From NCBI GenBank assembly GCA_037137395.1, contig JBAXKK010000033.1:1-24960 (forward strand): a stretch of DNA of 24,960 bases, in the 5' to 3' direction. The notes beneath the pieces are model-generated. The model was given only the letters and a program-made list of their open reading frames with translations. It was not told where the DNA came from and searched no databases. The position numbers and the translations under genes are program-made. Origin of the DNA: Elusimicrobiota bacterium. GTDB lineage: Bacteria; Elusimicrobiota; Elusimicrobia; Elusimicrobiales; UBA9959. Positions 1 through 8,664 of this stretch are shown here, one piece after another (the stretch's first letter is position 1; every line of letters begins with the position of its first letter).

Positions 1-1385
1 GCGCCTGGGGATGAACTTGGCGCGCCCGGCGCGGCACTTGCGGACGCAGAGTTGGAACCGCTGTTGGCCGGGCTGCCTATGGTAGGCTGCACGGTGTTAA
101 AGCCGCAGGCGCAGCTCCTTCCGGGAGGAAGCTGTGTACTTGTGGACTTTTCGCCCTTATCCTTAAGGAAAGGGTCGCCTATCGCACCGTATGTCCTGCA
201 ATCAGCGGGATCGGTGGAGGCCAAATTATTCGCGGGGGACCAGCAGAACCTTTCCGCCGCCGGGGCGGAATTCATGCCGAAGAGGCTCTCCGTAGCGCCT
301 TTCACGGCCTCGGTAAGCACACCGTTAAAACCGGCGAGCATGGCCTCGATTATCTTCTTAGGTATCTCGTACTTCTTATAGAACTCCCACTCCTGCGCTT
401 TTAAAGCTGCGTTTTTTTCAAGCAGTTCCGCCAGAGTTTCTTTATCACTGACGCTCTTGTTGTCACGGATACTTGAGCCTGTAGCGGCGCGGTACTTTTC
501 TCCTTCCGAACCGCCGCCCGTACCCCCCATTCCCTTGCCCGGATCTACTGAATCCGCAGCAGCCTTATCCAGCGAAGTTATAGAACTCCCGCCGTTAAAG
601 TTTCCGGCTGCTTTGTCGGCCTGACCGCGCAGCTTTTCATAAGCGCCCTTACTGGCGCTGTTCAACGACGCAGCGACCCCTTTATACCCGGCTGTGGCCA
701 CAGGTCCGATCATGGAGCGCGAGGCCGCCTTGCCGGACGCGCTTCTGGCGCTGTCAAGTATCTTGCCGCCGCTTAAAGAACCGCTGGTCCTTGAACCTTC
801 TCCGCCGAAAGATCCCAGAGCTCTGAGCGAACTCTGCATCCTGGGGATGACGGTGGGCACGCCGGCCGATCTGGAGGCCTGGTTAAAAGCAGCGCGGGCT
901 GAATCTTTCATCGAATCCCTGAAATCCCCCCCCTTAGGCGGCGAACTGGTCTGAACCGCGGCGATAGGTTGTGACGAGGGCGCGCCGAGAATCAGCGAAG
1001 CGGGGTCTCTGGCGCTTAAAGGCGTGATGATCTCTCCGGAACCGTCGGGCGAACCCTGACTTAAAGCGTTAATGCCGGGCTCATAAAGCGCCCCGGTGCC
1101 GCCTTCGGAGCGATAGCCGAAGCCGGGCGCCAGCTGGTCGGCCCCTGCAGGCTTGGACATCATATACTCGGCCACGGGCGCCATAACCAGCACCCCGAGC
1201 CCCACCGTGACAAAGGCGATATCTTTTTTAGAAAGGTTTTTAAGCTTGTCCATGATGCTGCCGGCCGCCTTTGAGAAGGCGGGAGACTTGCCGAAAGAAG
1301 AAATTTTATTAAAAGAGGCCCCGGGGTTACCTACAACAGGCCTTCCTTCGTCGCGCTTTTTATCTTCATTATTCTCGTATTTCAT
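1..1385 (-). CDS. Hypothetical Gly/Ser/Ala-rich single-pass membrane protein, 3'-partial (>461 aa); absent from the supplied ORF track
   Basis: Hand translation from ATG 1385 (GGAGG 6 nt upstream): MKYENNEDKKRDEGRPVVGNPGASF...KKDIAFVTVGLGVLVMAPVAEY...SKGAYEKLRGQADKAAGNFNGG...KAQEWEFYKKYEIPKKIIEAMLAGF...RFCWSP...SCACGF...; no stop before the window edge. Confidence 0.9.
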   Translation of the reverse strand, partial: MKYENNEDKKRDEGRPVVGNPGASFNKISSFGKSPAFSKAAGSIMDKLKNLSKKDIAFVTVGLGVLVMAPVAEYMMSKPAGADQLAPGFGYRSEGGTGALYEPGINALSQGSPDGSGEIITPLSARDPASLILGAPSSQPIAAVQTSSPPKGGDFRDSMKDSARAAFNQASRSAGVPTVIPRMQSSLRALGSFGGEGSRTSGSLSGGKILDSARSASGKAASRSMIGPVATAGYKGVAASLNSASKGAYEKLRGQADKAAGNFNGGSSITSLDKAAADSVDPGKGMGGTGGGSEGEKYRAATGSSIRDNKSVSDKETLAELLEKNAALKAQEWEFYKKYEIPKKIIEAMLAGFNGVLTEAVKGATESLFGMNSAPAAERFCWSPANNLASTDPADCRTYGAIGDPFLKDKGEKSTSTQLPPGRSCACGFNTVQPTIGSPANSGSNSASASAAPGAPSSSPG

Positions 1386-1433
1386 AAACGCCTCCGCACG
1401 CTTTAGTAACTTTAAATATGTCTTATAGTTTAC

Positions 1434-1462
1434 CTAATATGCCCGTCTGTTCCAAGTGTCAA
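1434..1462 (-). promoter_or_regulatory. Possible internal sigma70 promoter for the 1385 gene, overlapping the palindrome GTCAATTGAC
   Basis: TTGACA (1462-1457), 17-nt spacer, TATTAG (1439-1434); perfect 10-bp palindrome at 1458-1467; the -10 element is imperfect. Confidence 0.35.
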
Positions 1463-1517
1463 TTGACCCATCCGCTTATAGGCCCAATGGCCCCGCGCGA
1501 ACATTCAAACCGAACCA

Positions 1518-2774
1518 TCAGCGAAAAAGCATCAACATTCTTATAATCACGTTTGGCTTATCGCATTTACTGATAATCCGGCCGCCGTTTTTATCGTTTT
1601 TAAAATAAATGCCGCAGTCCATCGGTGATGTGCTGATCTGACATGCGCGCGCTAATATGGCCTGATTATCATTAAAATCTTTGCACAACTCTCCCTGCCG
1701 CGTGACGCGCGCGTTCCATGGATCAATGTCACCATAACACATCGGCGGATCACCCGCCTGCGCCAGGCTGTCCATCTCTTTGGCGTCCGCGGATATTTTT
1801 TCGCCCTGCGCGGATCTGGCTCTCGCGCAGTCCCCGGCCAGCTGCTGCCCGGTCTGATCGTCATCCAGCGTTTTCACAAAACCTTCCGCGGGAACAGACG
1901 CAATAGCGTCAGTGCGCATACCGCCAAGTTTTACATAATTGCCGTCATAGGCAGCGCCGGTATATGATGCCTTATGCTCGTAGGCGGAATTCCAGGATCT
2001 GACGGCAACCTCGTCCGCGGAAAAAGTTTCCGCCAGCTGTGACATAGGCCTCTTGCCGCCGAAGCTATTTTCCCCTGCTGCGATTTTACGCCTGACATCC
2101 CTCCAGGAGAAACCCGACGCGCGGCCCGTCATTTTGACCGGCACTTTCTCAGCGCGGCCCGGCACCGGGATAATGCCGTCGGCCTGGTTCATCGCGTCGG
2201 CGTACATACCCGCCTTGCGGTCCCCTATGTTGGCGGGGTTAGAAATCAGACTCCTGTTAACATAAGGCCCCAAACCGGCACGCGGGTCACTGCCCGGCTC
2301 TCCTTTGAGGTCAACGGTTCCGGCACCCTCGTAGTCGGCGGCAGCTCTTTTGCCTGCCTTCCCGACTTCGCTGTTGTAAATATTGGCCGTTCCCTTTATC
2401 ATTGTCAGGGTAGAAACGTCGCTGCAACCCGACTCGCACGGAGGCGCCGGCTTTAGCGCGCCCGTCAGCTTATTCCGGTAAGAGCCCCGCGCGCTGTCCG
2501 CAGCAGCTTTGTCTATGACGCTTTTAACAAACTCCCTATAATTCCCCTCATTAGTGGCTGAAACAAAGCGCCCCAAACCAACAACCCTTAACGCGGCGGC
2601 TACCGGCGGCGTCTCAATAATCTTCCCGAAAATATCGCTTGAGAAAAGGACCGGCATTGAGGCCGCGGCCACCAACAAAAATATGGTCACATATTTGACC
2701 CGGCACCGGAAAAGAGGCGCGAGCGCGGCCAGCAGGGATTTTTTTTTGTGTTCTTTCACGAATCCTTTTCCCAT
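1518..2774 (-). CDS. Hypothetical membrane-anchored protein with Cys-rich C-terminal domain (418 aa)
   Basis: GGAG RBS before ATG 2774; basic N-terminus EHKKKSLLAALAPLFR; TM segment YVTIFLLVAAASMPVLF; six Cys in the last ~105 aa. Confidence 0.85.
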   Translation of the reverse strand: MGKGFVKEHKKKSLLAALAPLFRCRVKYVTIFLLVAAASMPVLFSSDIFGKIIETPPVAAALRVVGLGRFVSATNEGNYREFVKSVIDKAAADSARGSYRNKLTGALKPAPPCESGCSDVSTLTMIKGTANIYNSEVGKAGKRAAADYEGAGTVDLKGEPGSDPRAGLGPYVNRSLISNPANIGDRKAGMYADAMNQADGIIPVPGRAEKVPVKMTGRASGFSWRDVRRKIAAGENSFGGKRPMSQLAETFSADEVAVRSWNSAYEHKASYTGAAYDGNYVKLGGMRTDAIASVPAEGFVKTLDDDQTGQQLAGDCARARSAQGEKISADAKEMDSLAQAGDPPMCYGDIDPWNARVTRQGELCKDFNDNQAILARACQISTSPMDCGIYFKNDKNGGRIISKCDKPNVIIRMLMLFR

Positions 2775-2825
2775 ACAAACTCCCTGGAAAATCTGACCGG
2801 GGGAATCCGCGCTGACGCAGCGGCT

Positions 2826-4469
2826 TCAACTTATCATTCCCCCCTTTTGATTTTGCACAACCTGACACACCTGTGTCTGCTGCGAAGCAGGAGCCCTCGA
2901 TGTAGAGGAACTGGAGCTCCCGCCAGCCATGCCGCCCAGCAGGCCCAGGATACCGGCAATGGCAGCCATCCACATAGGCTTTACCGGACCGATGCTTATA
3001 CCCGTCATAGCCTGGATAGCCGCGGTCGAAGCGATGCCGCCGCCGATAGTGTAAATAGTGCCCAACATCTTCTGGCCGTACGTAGAGATCAGCTTGACGC
3101 CGATAGCTGTCGCCATCGCCGCGACCGCCAGAGCGATAGTGCAGATCATTATACCGATAGCATAAACAATCGCGCCTATTGCCGCGGTGTATGGGTTACC
3201 CATCAGCGCCCTGCCAAGATCTACGACCCAGGCGCCGATAATAGACAGCACTGACGAAAGCAGTATAAGCATCATCGCCCTTTCAGGCAACCCCTTCCAG
3301 GGGCTGACATCGTCCCCTGTACCGGGGGCGGACGCCGTCGTTTCATTCGCGGCCGTACCGCCGCCGGAGGTGTTATCCAGCGAGGGTGAAGTGACGATCC
3401 CGGAGCCGTCCGTGCCGCTAGTTCCCGTGCCGCCGGAGCCGCCGGAGCCGCCGGATGTAGTGCCTGCGCCTCCGGTTCCCGTAGTTACGGCGTCGGTAGT
3501 GGTGCCTTCCCACGCCTTATCCTGAGTTGAACGCTGCTGATCCGCGCTGGTGCTGCCTACGGTGGTCTGCTGCGCGGACTTTACTCCTTTGGCCTGGGCG
3601 AACGCGCCTTTGCCGACCCGGTCCATCGGTTTTCCGCCTTTGGCGTTTGAGAACACCGGCCGCGCGGAACCTTTACTGGCCAGAAGTTTTTTTCTCTGAT
3701 CGAACTTGGGGGTGGTAACGAAACCGGCGCTCAGACTGCTGAGCCCGTCGGACTGCGCTCCGACAGCGCCGGTATTGAACTTATTACTGAACCCGCCCAT
3801 ATTGCTGAATTGGCCGCCGGCGCTGCCCAGCGAAGTGGAAAGTCCGCCGGCGCTGAAACTCCCGGCAAGCTTACCCAGCATCTTCTGCTCCATGTTGCCC
3901 ATGTTGTCCTGTTCTGATGCCTGAGCGTCGGCCCCCTCACCGGCCTTATCTTCCGGAGCGGGCTTATCCTTAGACGTGTCGCCGTTCTCATCTGCGGCGC
4001 CGGCCGCGGCGTTCTCATCCATACTGAGGGCGCCGCTGTTGGTTTCCCTGAACATGTCAAGCGAGGAACCGGGGTTCTTCGTCCCGCGCAAAATCGCGGG
4101 GACATAATTTTCAGAGGTCTTGCCGGAATTGAATGAACTGGTACCTGCTTTGGGATTGGAAGGGGCCTTCATATAAAGCGTCATGCCGATAGCGCTGCCT
4201 ACAACAACCGCCGTAACGATAAGCCCGATCTTGCCGGCCAGCAGAGCGCCGATGCCGCCCAGGCCACTGAGACCGCCTCCAGCCGCGCCGGAGGCAGCGC
4301 CTAACTTCGCAGCGCCAAAGGCGCCTTGCCCAAATTTGGCGGCGCCGGGAAGAGCCTCTCCGCCCATGGCCCCCTTCCCGCCAACACCCACATGTGACCG
4401 GAGCCAGGGAATAAAGCCCTTCTTCCTATCCTTCTTCTCTTTAAAATTTATCTCAGGTAAATCGCTCAT
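2826..4469 (-). CDS. Hypothetical Gly/Ser-rich membrane protein with an N-terminal TM and ~4 C-terminal hydrophobic helices (547 aa)
   Basis: Start moved from 4508 to ATG 4469 (GGAGGTTATATG); TM IGLIVTAVVVGSAIGMTLY; low-complexity middle; DDVSPW followed by a hydrophobic Gly/Ala-rich C-terminus. Confidence 0.9.
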   Translation of the reverse strand: MSDLPEINFKEKKDRKKGFIPWLRSHVGVGGKGAMGGEALPGAAKFGQGAFGAAKLGAASGAAGGGLSGLGGIGALLAGKIGLIVTAVVVGSAIGMTLYMKAPSNPKAGTSSFNSGKTSENYVPAILRGTKNPGSSLDMFRETNSGALSMDENAAAGAADENGDTSKDKPAPEDKAGEGADAQASEQDNMGNMEQKMLGKLAGSFSAGGLSTSLGSAGGQFSNMGGFSNKFNTGAVGAQSDGLSSLSAGFVTTPKFDQRKKLLASKGSARPVFSNAKGGKPMDRVGKGAFAQAKGVKSAQQTTVGSTSADQQRSTQDKAWEGTTTDAVTTGTGGAGTTSGGSGGSGGTGTSGTDGSGIVTSPSLDNTSGGGTAANETTASAPGTGDDVSPWKGLPERAMMLILLSSVLSIIGAWVVDLGRALMGNPYTAAIGAIVYAIGIMICTIALAVAAMATAIGVKLISTYGQKMLGTIYTIGGGIASTAAIQAMTGISIGPVKPMWMAAIAGILGLLGGMAGGSSSSSTSRAPASQQTQVCQVVQNQKGGMIS

Positions 4470-4527
4470 ATAACCTCCCGATTTATACGGACCAAAAACT
4501 GTCAACATTTAGCGGACTATGCAAATG

Positions 4528-6054
4528 TTAAGGCGTTTTAGCCCCAACTGTCCCGACCCCGCCGCTGGCGCCTACGGGCGCGGTTGAGGCCCCGGTTGCG
4601 AGAGCGCCGGTCGTGGTCTCAGACACAATTTTTTGGGCATCCGCTATGCCTTCCTGCGCCCCGCTCACAGCCTCATAAGCTTTGTATATAAGCATGCCGC
4701 CCGCGGCCATGTACATGATTCCGGTCCACTTCTGTTCGTAGTCTTGCATCAACTTCAAACCGGCATATACAACAACTGCCGCAGCGGCCATAGCCGCATA
4801 AGCGGCGTATATGGCGTAATTGTACATCTGGATGGCGGCTGCAAATATCGGAGCGGCGGCGGCTGCCCCTCCGGGAACGGCAGCGGCAGCTTTAGCTTTC
4901 GCCAGCAGGGCTTTTGCCTTTTTGGCGCATGAATTGGCTATAAAGATAAACAGCGCGGACGCTATCATGCCGTAGAGCGCCAGGTCCGTGTATTTCTCCC
5001 AGGGCGACACATCCTCTGCCGCCGGCGTTGCCGCGGGAGGCGTAGAGTCGTTGCTGCTAAGGTTTGGGTCGCTGTTCTTTAGCTTGTTGCCATCGGTTAC
5101 ACCTGACCCGTTCAGTCCGGCCCCGCCGCCGGCCGTACCCACGTCGCCAGCGCCGCCGGTTTCTCCGGAAAAAGCTTCAGTAGCGCCGGTTTTGCTAGTA
5201 GCCGCGGTGGATGAACCCGCTGCCCTCACGCCCTGAGCTTTGGCGTATTTAGCCTGTCCAAAAGCGCCCCGCTTTTTAAAACTGGAAGCGCGCTTGGACG
5301 CGCTCTTTATCGGGGAAGCCTTGGCGCTTTTTATACCTGAACTGTTGCCCTGCCCCGCCGGAGCCTTATAGATAGGAGCAAACTTACTGTTTACTCCGCC
5401 GAACATCCCGCTGCCGCCCGCCAGTGTTGAACCTCCGCCCTTAGAACTGCCGAAGCCCTGGACAGTCTGAAGCTTGGGGCCGCCTCCAGTCGGAATGTTT
5501 GCCGATGAATCGGCCGAAGCTCCTTCGATAGCCGCCTTATCTTCGGCAGCCGCGTCCTCGGCGGAAGCGTCCTTCTTTTCAGCGTTCTCCCCGTCTTCGC
5601 CGAGACCAAGTCCGTCTTTTTTGGCCTGATCGCGAAACATGTCAAAACCGGAAGCCGAGGCGTCCGCCAGTTGTTTGGCGCGTTCCCGGGCAGCGTTCTG
5701 GGCCTGCTCGTCGTAGTAAGTATCCTGGAACATGTTTGGCGTGTAAACGGATTTGGAGGACGGGCCCAGGAAATTATAGAGCACGCCTATCCCGGCCGCT
5801 ATCGTGGCTACGCTCAAGATTATCCCCATTATGCCGGCCTTGGTGGAGAAAAGCCCGGCAAGTCCGGAGGTAGAACCAAACAGGGACGCGAACCAGGAGC
5901 CGAACCCTGAACCGGATGAGCCTAAGCGCGCGCCGGCTGAGCCGAAGCCCGCGGCACCGCCCGCGCCGGACGACCCGCCCCTGAAAAGGCTTGAAAGGTA
6001 CGCCCAGAAACCGATTTTCTTTTCTTTCTTTTTAGATTCATTAGATTCGTTCAT
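4528..6054 (-). CDS. Hypothetical Gly/Ala-rich membrane protein, paralog of 2826-4469 (508 aa)
   Basis: Start moved to ATG 6054 (GGAGGCTATATG); shares KKK..GF..L, DMFR, GAF.QAK and DVSPW motifs with the neighbouring gene; ~3 C-terminal hydrophobic helices. Confidence 0.9.
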   Translation of the reverse strand: MNESNESKKKEKKIGFWAYLSSLFRGGSSGAGGAAGFGSAGARLGSSGSGFGSWFASLFGSTSGLAGLFSTKAGIMGIILSVATIAAGIGVLYNFLGPSSKSVYTPNMFQDTYYDEQAQNAARERAKQLADASASGFDMFRDQAKKDGLGLGEDGENAEKKDASAEDAAAEDKAAIEGASADSSANIPTGGGPKLQTVQGFGSSKGGGSTLAGGSGMFGGVNSKFAPIYKAPAGQGNSSGIKSAKASPIKSASKRASSFKKRGAFGQAKYAKAQGVRAAGSSTAATSKTGATEAFSGETGGAGDVGTAGGGAGLNGSGVTDGNKLKNSDPNLSSNDSTPPAATPAAEDVSPWEKYTDLALYGMIASALFIFIANSCAKKAKALLAKAKAAAAVPGGAAAAAPIFAAAIQMYNYAIYAAYAAMAAAAVVVYAGLKLMQDYEQKWTGIMYMAAGGMLIYKAYEAVSGAQEGIADAQKIVSETTTGALATGASTAPVGASGGVGTVGAKTP

Positions 6055-6068
6055 ATAGCCTCCGGGTA

Positions 6069-7055
6069 TCATTGAGCCATAGTAGATGTCGTTCCTGTCG
6101 CTCCGGTCGCCCCCATCTCTCCCGCCCCTGCAGAGAACATGCTGCTGAACATCGGGCCAAGCAAGCTGCTTATTATCATTTGTATCAGCATCTTTTTTAT
6201 CTCTTCGTCGGCTGAATCGTCCTTCACGGCCTTAGGCACCGGCAGCGTTACTTTTTTCTTGCTGAGCTGGGGGTCGTTGGTTTTAAGATCCTGCGCAGCC
6301 GCGCCCAAAGCAAGTCCGGATTCGGCCGCGTCCTGTTCCAGATCCGTGTTGAGGTCGGCATTATCGACGTTAGCGGTTTTCCCGAAAGCGGAAGTCGCGC
6401 CGCTGGCAGCCGCGCCCGGATTAGCGGACTTGGCCGCCTGCGCGCTTTTCGCCTCGGTTTTCGTCAGCATGGCCACCAGCGAGTTGCGCTTGTCGGACGC
6501 TGTCATATTTTTTAAATTCTGGTCGGAAGCGGGCGCTAACTCAGACTTGCCGGCCCCGCTGCCGAAGAATTTATTATACGCGCCGCCCGCTGTCATGGAA
6601 TTGGAATTGCCGGACGTTATAGACGGCATGTAGTTCAGTTTGCCTTTGGAGCCTGAGGCCGACGATCCCGCTGCTCCGCCGGAAGCCGGCGCGCCAGGAA
6701 GAGGAACCGAAGCCTTGCCGGAATCTGACGCGGAGGCCGTCCCTTCAGCCGCCTCGTCCGAGGGGCCTGACTGGAAAAGAGAGGACGCGATATTTTCTCC
6801 GGAAGTGGCGGGATTATTCAACATCTCTCCGCTGAGAGCGTAGCCGGGCGCTCCGCCCTCCTGGGGAATATCATTGCCTAGCGAACTGACGTCAGCTGTC
6901 CTTGTTTTGAAAAAATTTCCGGTGGCCACGGAGGCGTCCATAGAGGAGCCCTGCATAAAGGGACCCGAAATCCAGGCGCAGATTATTATCAGGGCGACTA
7001 TCCCGCCTATAATATATTGCTTGGCCTTAGATTTTTCACCCGTTACTTTCAGCAT
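6069..7055 (-). CDS. Hypothetical Ser/Ala/Gly-rich membrane-anchored protein (about 328 aa)
   Basis: Likely start ATG 7055 (MLKVTGEK; the track start is GTG 7103); TM YIIGGIVALIIICAWISGPF; C-terminal hydrophobic/amphipathic helix KKMLIQMIISSLLGPMFSSMF. Confidence 0.85.
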   Translation of the reverse strand: MLKVTGEKSKAKQYIIGGIVALIIICAWISGPFMQGSSMDASVATGNFFKTRTADVSSLGNDIPQEGGAPGYALSGEMLNNPATSGENIASSLFQSGPSDEAAEGTASASDSGKASVPLPGAPASGGAAGSSASGSKGKLNYMPSITSGNSNSMTAGGAYNKFFGSGAGKSELAPASDQNLKNMTASDKRNSLVAMLTKTEAKSAQAAKSANPGAAASGATSAFGKTANVDNADLNTDLEQDAAESGLALGAAAQDLKTNDPQLSKKKVTLPVPKAVKDDSADEEIKKMLIQMIISSLLGPMFSSMFSAGAGEMGATGATGTTSTMAQ

Positions 7056-7146
7056 AGCCGTTCCGCCTTTGGCTGCAAATAAACTTAAGACCTCCCCTGA
7101 CACGATCTTGCAAAAAGTTCAGGGCAAAGCCAACATCTACATTGAT

Positions 7147-7175
7147 GTTATAGCAGGAAATATTTGACTTGTCAA
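7147..7175 (-). promoter_or_regulatory. Near-consensus sigma70 promoter for the five-gene membrane-protein cluster
   Basis: TTGACA (7175-7170), 17-nt spacer, TATAAC (7152-7147), with an extended -10 (TGcTATAAC). Confidence 0.65.
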
Positions 7176-7189
7176 GGGGCTCAAAGGGC

Positions 7190-7218
7190 TTGCGCGGACA
7201 CCGTGCCAGTAGTATAAT
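7190..7218 (+). promoter_or_regulatory. Sigma70 promoter for the divergent radical SAM gene
   Basis: TTGCGC (7190-7195), 17-nt spacer, TATAAT (7213-7218), 22 nt before ATG 7241. Confidence 0.55.
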
Positions 7219-7240
7219 TCCCGAAGCGCCACCTGACCTT

Positions 7241-8617
7241 ATGGCTGAAGAACAAACACCGGACCTGTTACTAATAGACGACGAGGACGACCCCTTCCGC
7301 GGGAAAGGCGCCGCAGACACAGCCGCGCCAGAAGATGCAGGCCGCATTATCAATATGGGTTTCCGCGCCGCGCGCTGGGCTTTTGAGCCGCCGAAGCTGG
7401 CCGTACCGCTGCTTTCCGCCCAAGCGAAGGCCGCCGGGCACATGGTAGCATCCATATGCCGGCCCCTTCTTCCCTGGAAAAGAAAAGCATTCCGCCGGCT
7501 GCTGGAGAACCATCCGCTCGCCGCCGGCATTACCACCGTGGCCATGTTTGAGACCGGCCTCATATCGCGCATCATTGCTGAAATACGCGAAATCAGCCCC
7601 CACACAGTTATCATACTTGGCGGACACGGAGCGGAGAATTCGCGGGAGATACGCGCGCTGGGAGATCTCACCATAACCCGGCACGGCGAAGGCATCCTGG
7701 CAGAAGTTATCACGGCGCTTAAAAACGGAACCCCGCCGGACCGGATGCCGGGGGTTGCAGCCGACGCGGACGGCTCGCTTTCCATACAGGGCAGCCTGCG
7801 CTACGAAGGCATTCAGCATGTACTGCGCCCGGACTGGAGCGCCGCCAGTTCCGCCTGCCGGCGCTACCCCATAGAAGCCTCACGGGGCTGCACCTTCAAC
7901 TGCTCTTACTGCGGCTTTCCCGGCAAGGCGGGGCAGGTGTTCCGGCCGGCAGCCGAAGTTGTCGATGAGATGCTTTATGCGCGCGAGATGCATGGAATAA
8001 GGTGTTTTGACTTTGTTGATTCATCCCTGACATCAGACCCCGAGTTTATGCTTGAACTCTGCTCTTCCCTGCGCAAGTCCGGCCTGCGGGCTGACTGGAG
8101 ATGCTTTGCCAGACCCGACGCTTTTGATCGCGCCCCCGAACTGGCGGCAGAGATGGTCGCGGCCGGTTGCAGCAGGATTTTTATGGGGATTGAATCAATA
8201 CACGACCATATACTTTCCGGCATGCGGCGCGGCATGAATCGCGCGACTATAGAACGCGGCCTCGAAAAGGTTTTCAAGTCAGGGATAAAAATACACGGGA
8301 ACTTTATAATAGGCTTCCCGGGCGAAACGGAAATGACCGTAAAAGAAACAGCGGAATTCATAAGCCGAAGACCTTTTTCCACGGTGTATCTCTGCACCTT
8401 CGGCATGTCCCCGGAGATGTTAGAACTGGCTGCCAAGGAACCGGCGCGCTACGCCCACCTTTCAGGCAAGCCGGCAAAGGGCTGGCGTCACGACGGCATG
8501 GACTACCTTGCCGCCTATAATCTGACGCTCTGGGCCGCGAGAAAGATAAATCTATCGAAGCTGTGGCCTACAGCCTTCTCCCCCGGCAGCAATAATCCAA
8601 ACCATCCGCCTTACTAG
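7241..8617 (+). CDS. B12-binding domain radical SAM protein (class B methyltransferase-like, about 458 aa)
   Basis: EASRGCTFNCSYC (CxxxCxxC), VIILGGHG, HGEG, FVDS, FMGIES and FIIGFPGET motifs; start placed at ATG 7241 downstream of the promoter (the track start is TTG 7169). Confidence 0.88.
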   Translation: MAEEQTPDLLLIDDEDDPFRGKGAADTAAPEDAGRIINMGFRAARWAFEPPKLAVPLLSAQAKAAGHMVASICRPLLPWKRKAFRRLLENHPLAAGITTVAMFETGLISRIIAEIREISPHTVIILGGHGAENSREIRALGDLTITRHGEGILAEVITALKNGTPPDRMPGVAADADGSLSIQGSLRYEGIQHVLRPDWSAASSACRRYPIEASRGCTFNCSYCGFPGKAGQVFRPAAEVVDEMLYAREMHGIRCFDFVDSSLTSDPEFMLELCSSLRKSGLRADWRCFARPDAFDRAPELAAEMVAAGCSRIFMGIESIHDHILSGMRRGMNRATIERGLEKVFKSGIKIHGNFIIGFPGETEMTVKETAEFISRRPFSTVYLCTFGMSPEMLELAAKEPARYAHLSGKPAKGWRHDGMDYLAAYNLTLWAARKINLSKLWPTAFSPGSNNPNHPPY

Positions 8618-8645
8618 AATATGCACCGGGTCCGCCCGCATGGCG

Positions 8646-8664
8646 GCCGTGAAAGCGGCGTTTT
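8646..8664 (+). terminator. Possible intrinsic terminator between convergent radical SAM genes
   Basis: GCCGT-GAAA-GCGGC stem with a GNRA loop, followed by GTTTT; the stem is short. Confidence 0.4.

Noticed and set aside
52..1428. Three plus-strand ORFs (52-381, 694-954, 1153-1428)
   Set aside because: Antisense shadows of the long minus-strand gene starting at 1385, which has an RBS and coherent membrane-protein features
2739..2747. A9 tract near the 5' end of the 1518-2774 gene as a phase-variation site
   Set aside because: It encodes a Lys run typical of these N-termini; similar A/T8 tracts occur in housekeeping genes here; the frame is intact
4482..4505. TTGACA upstream of the 4469 gene as an internal promoter
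   Set aside because: The nearest TATAAA is only 12 nt away; no -10 element at 16-18 nt
7036..7819. Minus-strand ORFs of 249 and 182 aa
   Set aside because: They overlap the motif-supported radical SAM gene in antisense and show no recognisable features
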